The notes under the pieces were generated by a model. The model was not told where the DNA came from. It did not search any database and saw only the letters and a program-made list of their open reading frames with translations. A stretch of 10,323 nt of DNA, taken from assembly GCA_963662665.2 (NCBI GenBank), contig CAXXJS010000009.1, positions 1 to 10,323 on the forward strand, written 5' to 3'. The position numbers and the translations under genes are program-made. Numbering within the stretch: position 1 is the first letter of the stretch; every line of letters begins with the position of its first letter. Shown piece after piece: positions 7,498-10,323 of this stretch. Origin of the DNA: Candidatus Latescibacterota bacterium. Lineage in GTDB: Bacteria > Latescibacterota > UBA2968 > GCA-2709665.

Positions 7498-7599
7498 GTC
7501 GCTCGGGTCTCCCTTTTGATCCGCATGGCCCGAAGCGGATCCGAACTTCCGGATACCCGGAAACGCGGGGTCGACGGAGTCCCCCGAGAGGTCATTCTC

Positions 7600-8724
7600 A
7601 TGAAGATCACCCGCCTTGAAACGGTCCCCGTTGCCCAGCGGTTCCTCGTGCTGAAAATGCACACAGACGAGGGCGTGGTCGGCTATGGAGAACCCCTGGA
7701 CTATACGCACTGGCGTATCGTGGCGCGGGCCATTGACGACCTGGCCGAATACCTCATCGGCAAGGATCCGCTCCAGATCGAAGACCACTGGCAGACCTTC
7801 TTTCGCTCCACGTACAGCCGCAGCATGCCGATTATCGTTGGCGCGCTCAGCGGCGTGGATATGGCTATGTGGGACATCATGGGCAAAGTCCTGGACGTTC
7901 CCGTCTGGAGACTTCTCGGAGGCTCGGTCCGGGACCGGGTCCGGGTCTACGCCCACGCCGGGGGGAACACGCCGGAATCCTGTGCGGTACAGGCACGCAA
8001 ACGGGTCGCCGACGGGTTCACGGCCATCAAGATGGGCGGCGCCGTCAGACCCGTCCGTTTTGTGGATACGGCAAGAGCCGTCGACGAAATGGTCGCCCGT
8101 GTCGCCGCCGTACGCGAAGCCGTGGGCGACGACGTGGACATTGCGGTCGATCTGCACCGCCGCCTCAGCCCGCAGATGGCCGTCATCACCGTCAAGGCGC
8201 TCGAACCCTATCATCTGCTGTTTGCGGAAGAACCCTGCCATCCCGAGAACAACGACGCCCTGCTGACCCTTTCCCGATCGACCTCCACACCCATCGCAAC
8301 CGGCGAGCGCCACCTCACTCGCTGGAGTTTCTGGGACATCGTGGAAAAGCAGGCCTGCGCCGTTCTGCAGCCTGATATCCGGCATGTGGGAGGCATATCG
8401 GAAATGAAGAAAATCGCCACCCTGGCGGAAATCAGGGACATTGCCCTGGCGCCGCACAACGCCGCCGGTCCCATCGGCGTCGTCGCTTCCATCCATACCA
8501 TGGCCACGGTCCCCAATTTTCTCATCTGCGAGGGCGGCACCGTACGCGGCGACGGCCTTCTGACGCCTCCGCTCACGTTCAACGGCGGATTTATCGAACT
8601 TCCCACAGGTCCCGGTCTCGGGTTCGAAATCGACGACGACGCCCTCGATGCCATGCGGGACGAACGCTTTCGCTTCCGAGGCATGTGGCGCTCGGAAGAA
8701 GATGGATCCTTCGCGGACTTCTAG
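7600..8724 (+). CDS. Galactonate dehydratase (DgoD)-like enolase-superfamily enzyme
   Basis: MKITRLET...LKMHTDEGVVGYGE, ALSGVDMAMWDIMGK..DVPVWRLLGGSVRDRVRVY, DLHRR (DgoD-type D-x-H-x-R), FAEEP, IATGER and QPDIRHVGGISEMKKIA...APHN..GP. Start ATG 7600 follows GAGAGG. Substrate not certain, so no symbol is given. Confidence 0.85.
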   Translation: MKITRLETVPVAQRFLVLKMHTDEGVVGYGEPLDYTHWRIVARAIDDLAEYLIGKDPLQIEDHWQTFFRSTYSRSMPIIVGALSGVDMAMWDIMGKVLDVPVWRLLGGSVRDRVRVYAHAGGNTPESCAVQARKRVADGFTAIKMGGAVRPVRFVDTARAVDEMVARVAAVREAVGDDVDIAVDLHRRLSPQMAVITVKALEPYHLLFAEEPCHPENNDALLTLSRSTSTPIATGERHLTRWSFWDIVEKQACAVLQPDIRHVGGISEMKKIATLAEIRDIALAPHNAAGPIGVVASIHTMATVPNFLICEGGTVRGDGLLTPPLTFNGGFIELPTGPGLGFEIDDDALDAMRDERFRFRGMWRSEEDGSFADF

Positions 8725-8792
8725 CAGATAACCCGACTGGAAACCCGCGGCAACGGACTACCGACATGCATGAGACAACCCACGGGTACCGT

Positions 8793-10031
8793 ATGCGAAA
8801 CCGATGGCTCGCCGCGCTCGCACTGTCCGTTTCGTCTTTGCTGCCGGTTGACGTGTCAGGCCGCGCGGATGACAGAACCTCCCCGGTGGACCGCAGCCCG
8901 TTTGCCATTCGCCAGGAATTCAATGCGGTCTCGGCGCAGATCGACAGTCTGATTCGCGTGATGAGCGCGGCCGACCCGGGAGCCATCGACAAAAAACGTC
9001 TGCCCGGAACCGCCGATGTCCTGCGTCTTCCGAAAGGGACCTCGGTTGTCTGCATCTTCTGGGCTGATGACGAGGCGCGCGTGTGGATCAATGACTTCCC
9101 CGTCGGCGAAACCCGCCTCACGCCGGTGGAGGTCGAGGTCCCGCACCTCTACCTCAAAGACAGGAATCGGATCCGCGCCAGGTGCTGGGACACCGACCAC
9201 GTGGAAAGCGGATTCCTCTTCGGTCTCTTTCTGAAGGAAGCGAACGGCGCGCTGCACCCGATTCTGGTTTCCGACGACACCTGGCAGACCGGAAGTGGCC
9301 CGGCACTCGAAATCATCTATGCGCATCCCGTTCCCGACATCCCGTCGGCCCGGGTTATCTGGCATTCCATGATCTTCGGACAGGCGGAATTCTCAAAAGG
9401 ATTCACCCGGCGGGAAATCGAACAGGCCCTGTCGAAACCATCGCGGGCGCAGGCGCCGAAGACCCGGCGGAAACGCATGGACTACCACGGTTTCCTGCAG
9501 AATCTGCTTTCCCTCCAGGAAACACGCGCCAGACTCAAGCGCCAGCTGCAGGAAACCACGGATCCCGTCCTTCAGACCGCTTATACGGGACATCGGAATC
9601 CGGAAGTCAGCTTCACTCTGGGCAAGGCAGGACCGCTCAAGGAAGAGACGTCGCTCACCTTCGCAAAGGAAGTCGAACTGTGGGCGGAGAAACTGGCCGA
9701 GACGGAAAAGCGCCTCGTCTATCCCGATAAACGGACGCTGAAGGGAGAAGACGCCGCCATTGCTGCCGCGGGACCGGCGGCGTTCGGCACGAAGAGCGGG
9801 GAACGTACAGATGCCTATCGCCCGCCCGACGAACGGTCGCCCGGCGAACAAACGGTTTCTGAACGGCGCGAAAGGGAAGGCAAATCCGTTGCGACCGACT
9901 CCGGTGAACGCGGAGGATTCGGAGCAAGCAGCGGGCGCGGGTCGCGTGCGGGACTGCTGTTTCCCAGCATCATCCTCGCCGCCTATATCTGGTACGTTAT
10001 TTCGAAAGGAACGGATGCATTACGAATCTAA
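8793..10031 (+). CDS. Uncharacterised exported protein with probable signal peptide, beta-sandwich (CBM-like) domain and C-terminal transmembrane anchor
   Basis: Long open frame co-oriented with the upstream genes. N-terminus MRNRWLAALALSVSSLL is signal-peptide-like and the C-terminus GLLFPSIILAAYIWYVISK is hydrophobic. The start is uncertain (ATG 8766 or 8793, no strong RBS). Confidence 0.7.
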   Translation: MRNRWLAALALSVSSLLPVDVSGRADDRTSPVDRSPFAIRQEFNAVSAQIDSLIRVMSAADPGAIDKKRLPGTADVLRLPKGTSVVCIFWADDEARVWINDFPVGETRLTPVEVEVPHLYLKDRNRIRARCWDTDHVESGFLFGLFLKEANGALHPILVSDDTWQTGSGPALEIIYAHPVPDIPSARVIWHSMIFGQAEFSKGFTRREIEQALSKPSRAQAPKTRRKRMDYHGFLQNLLSLQETRARLKRQLQETTDPVLQTAYTGHRNPEVSFTLGKAGPLKEETSLTFAKEVELWAEKLAETEKRLVYPDKRTLKGEDAAIAAAGPAAFGTKSGERTDAYRPPDERSPGEQTVSERREREGKSVATDSGERGGFGASSGRGSRAGLLFPSIILAAYIWYVISKGTDALRI

Positions 10032-10323
10032 CCTTGATTCGTATTTCTTCAGGGAAGTAAAACCGAATATATGCAAGTAGATAAAGGCGATTTAACTTCT
10101 GATTACCAGGATACACCAGGTCACTGGACGTGAACTGAGAAAACGTCCTTTTTGACGACCGTTACGCCCCGTATCGGGGGTTTTCGTCGCGTTGCCGAGT
10201 TGCTGTTTTTTTCGAATTGGGGCTAACCTTGATTCGTTATTTTTCCGGGACGTAGAATCGAATATAGGCAAGTGGATAGAGGCGATTTGACGGCTGATTA
10301 CCAGGATACACCAGGTCACTGGA
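10028..10323. repeat. Tandem 195-bp-period non-coding repeat (unit 1 10028-10222; unit 2 from 10223, cut by the window edge)
   Basis: 10028-10128 aligns without gaps to 10223-10323 with 13 mismatches in 101 nt by hand count. The first 15 nt (CTAACCTTGATTCGT) and the last 30 nt (CTGATTACCAGGATACACCAGGTCACTGGA) are identical. Confidence 0.93.
10126..10153 (+). terminator. Possible intrinsic terminator inside repeat unit 1
   Basis: GGACGT (10126-10131), an 11-nt loop, ACGTCC (10143-10148), then TTTTT. It lies about 95 nt downstream of the last CDS. The stem is short. Confidence 0.35.

Noticed and set aside
7267-8496. 409-aa antisense ORF and other long overlapping ORFs (e.g. 4001-4813 +, 6181-6978 -, 1026-1736 -)
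   Set aside because: These are shadow frames of well-supported genes in high-GC DNA, with no recognisable motifs.
477-8792. Longer ORF-track starts at 477, 1405, 3429, 6469, 7516 and 8685
   Set aside because: The extensions overlap upstream genes or structured spacers and lack family similarity. Downstream starts (618, 1576, 3477, 6628, 7600, 8766/8793) coincide with family-typical or signal-peptide N-termini, and all but the last have RBS-like motifs.
10026-10230. Integron attC site (ATCTAAC fits RYYYAAC and contains the gene's stop codon)
   Set aside because: No complementary GTTRRRY (GTTAGAT) closes a long palindrome downstream, the second copy reads GGCTAAC, and there is no cassette ORF between copies or integrase in view.
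10028-10323. CRISPR array (the identical 30-nt block resembles a CRISPR repeat)
   Set aside because: The period is 195 nt, the sequence preceding the 30-nt block is also homologous between copies rather than a unique spacer, only two copies are visible, and no cas genes are present.

Overview
A GC-rich bacterial window of ten CDSs, nine of them metabolic enzymes. On the + strand: a 5'-truncated DHDPS-family (class I aldolase) gene, a PHP-fold metallohydrolase, a PhyH-family Fe(II)/2-oxoglutarate dioxygenase, an MDR-family dehydrogenase lacking the usual Zn motifs, and a DapF-fold epimerase in which both catalytic cysteines are serines. A mandelate-racemase-type enolase-superfamily gene on the - strand converges on dapF. 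A 357-bp divergent intergenic region (5498-5854) holds two sigma70-like promoters and several operator-like repeats. A second + strand unit follows: a PhyH dioxygenase, a uronate-dehydrogenase-like SDR, a galactonate-dehydratase-like enzyme, and an uncharacterised exported, C-terminally anchored protein. The last ~300 bp are AT-rich and contain a 195-bp-period tandem repeat with imperfect terminal inverted repeats and internal hairpins. This repeat supplies the stop codon of the last gene and runs off the window edge. The most notable items are that repeat (MITE-like tandem or structured-RNA array), the Ser/Ser DapF, and the probable uncharacterised sugar-acid or modified-amino-acid catabolic pathway. 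All family calls come from motifs recognised by eye; no database search was run.
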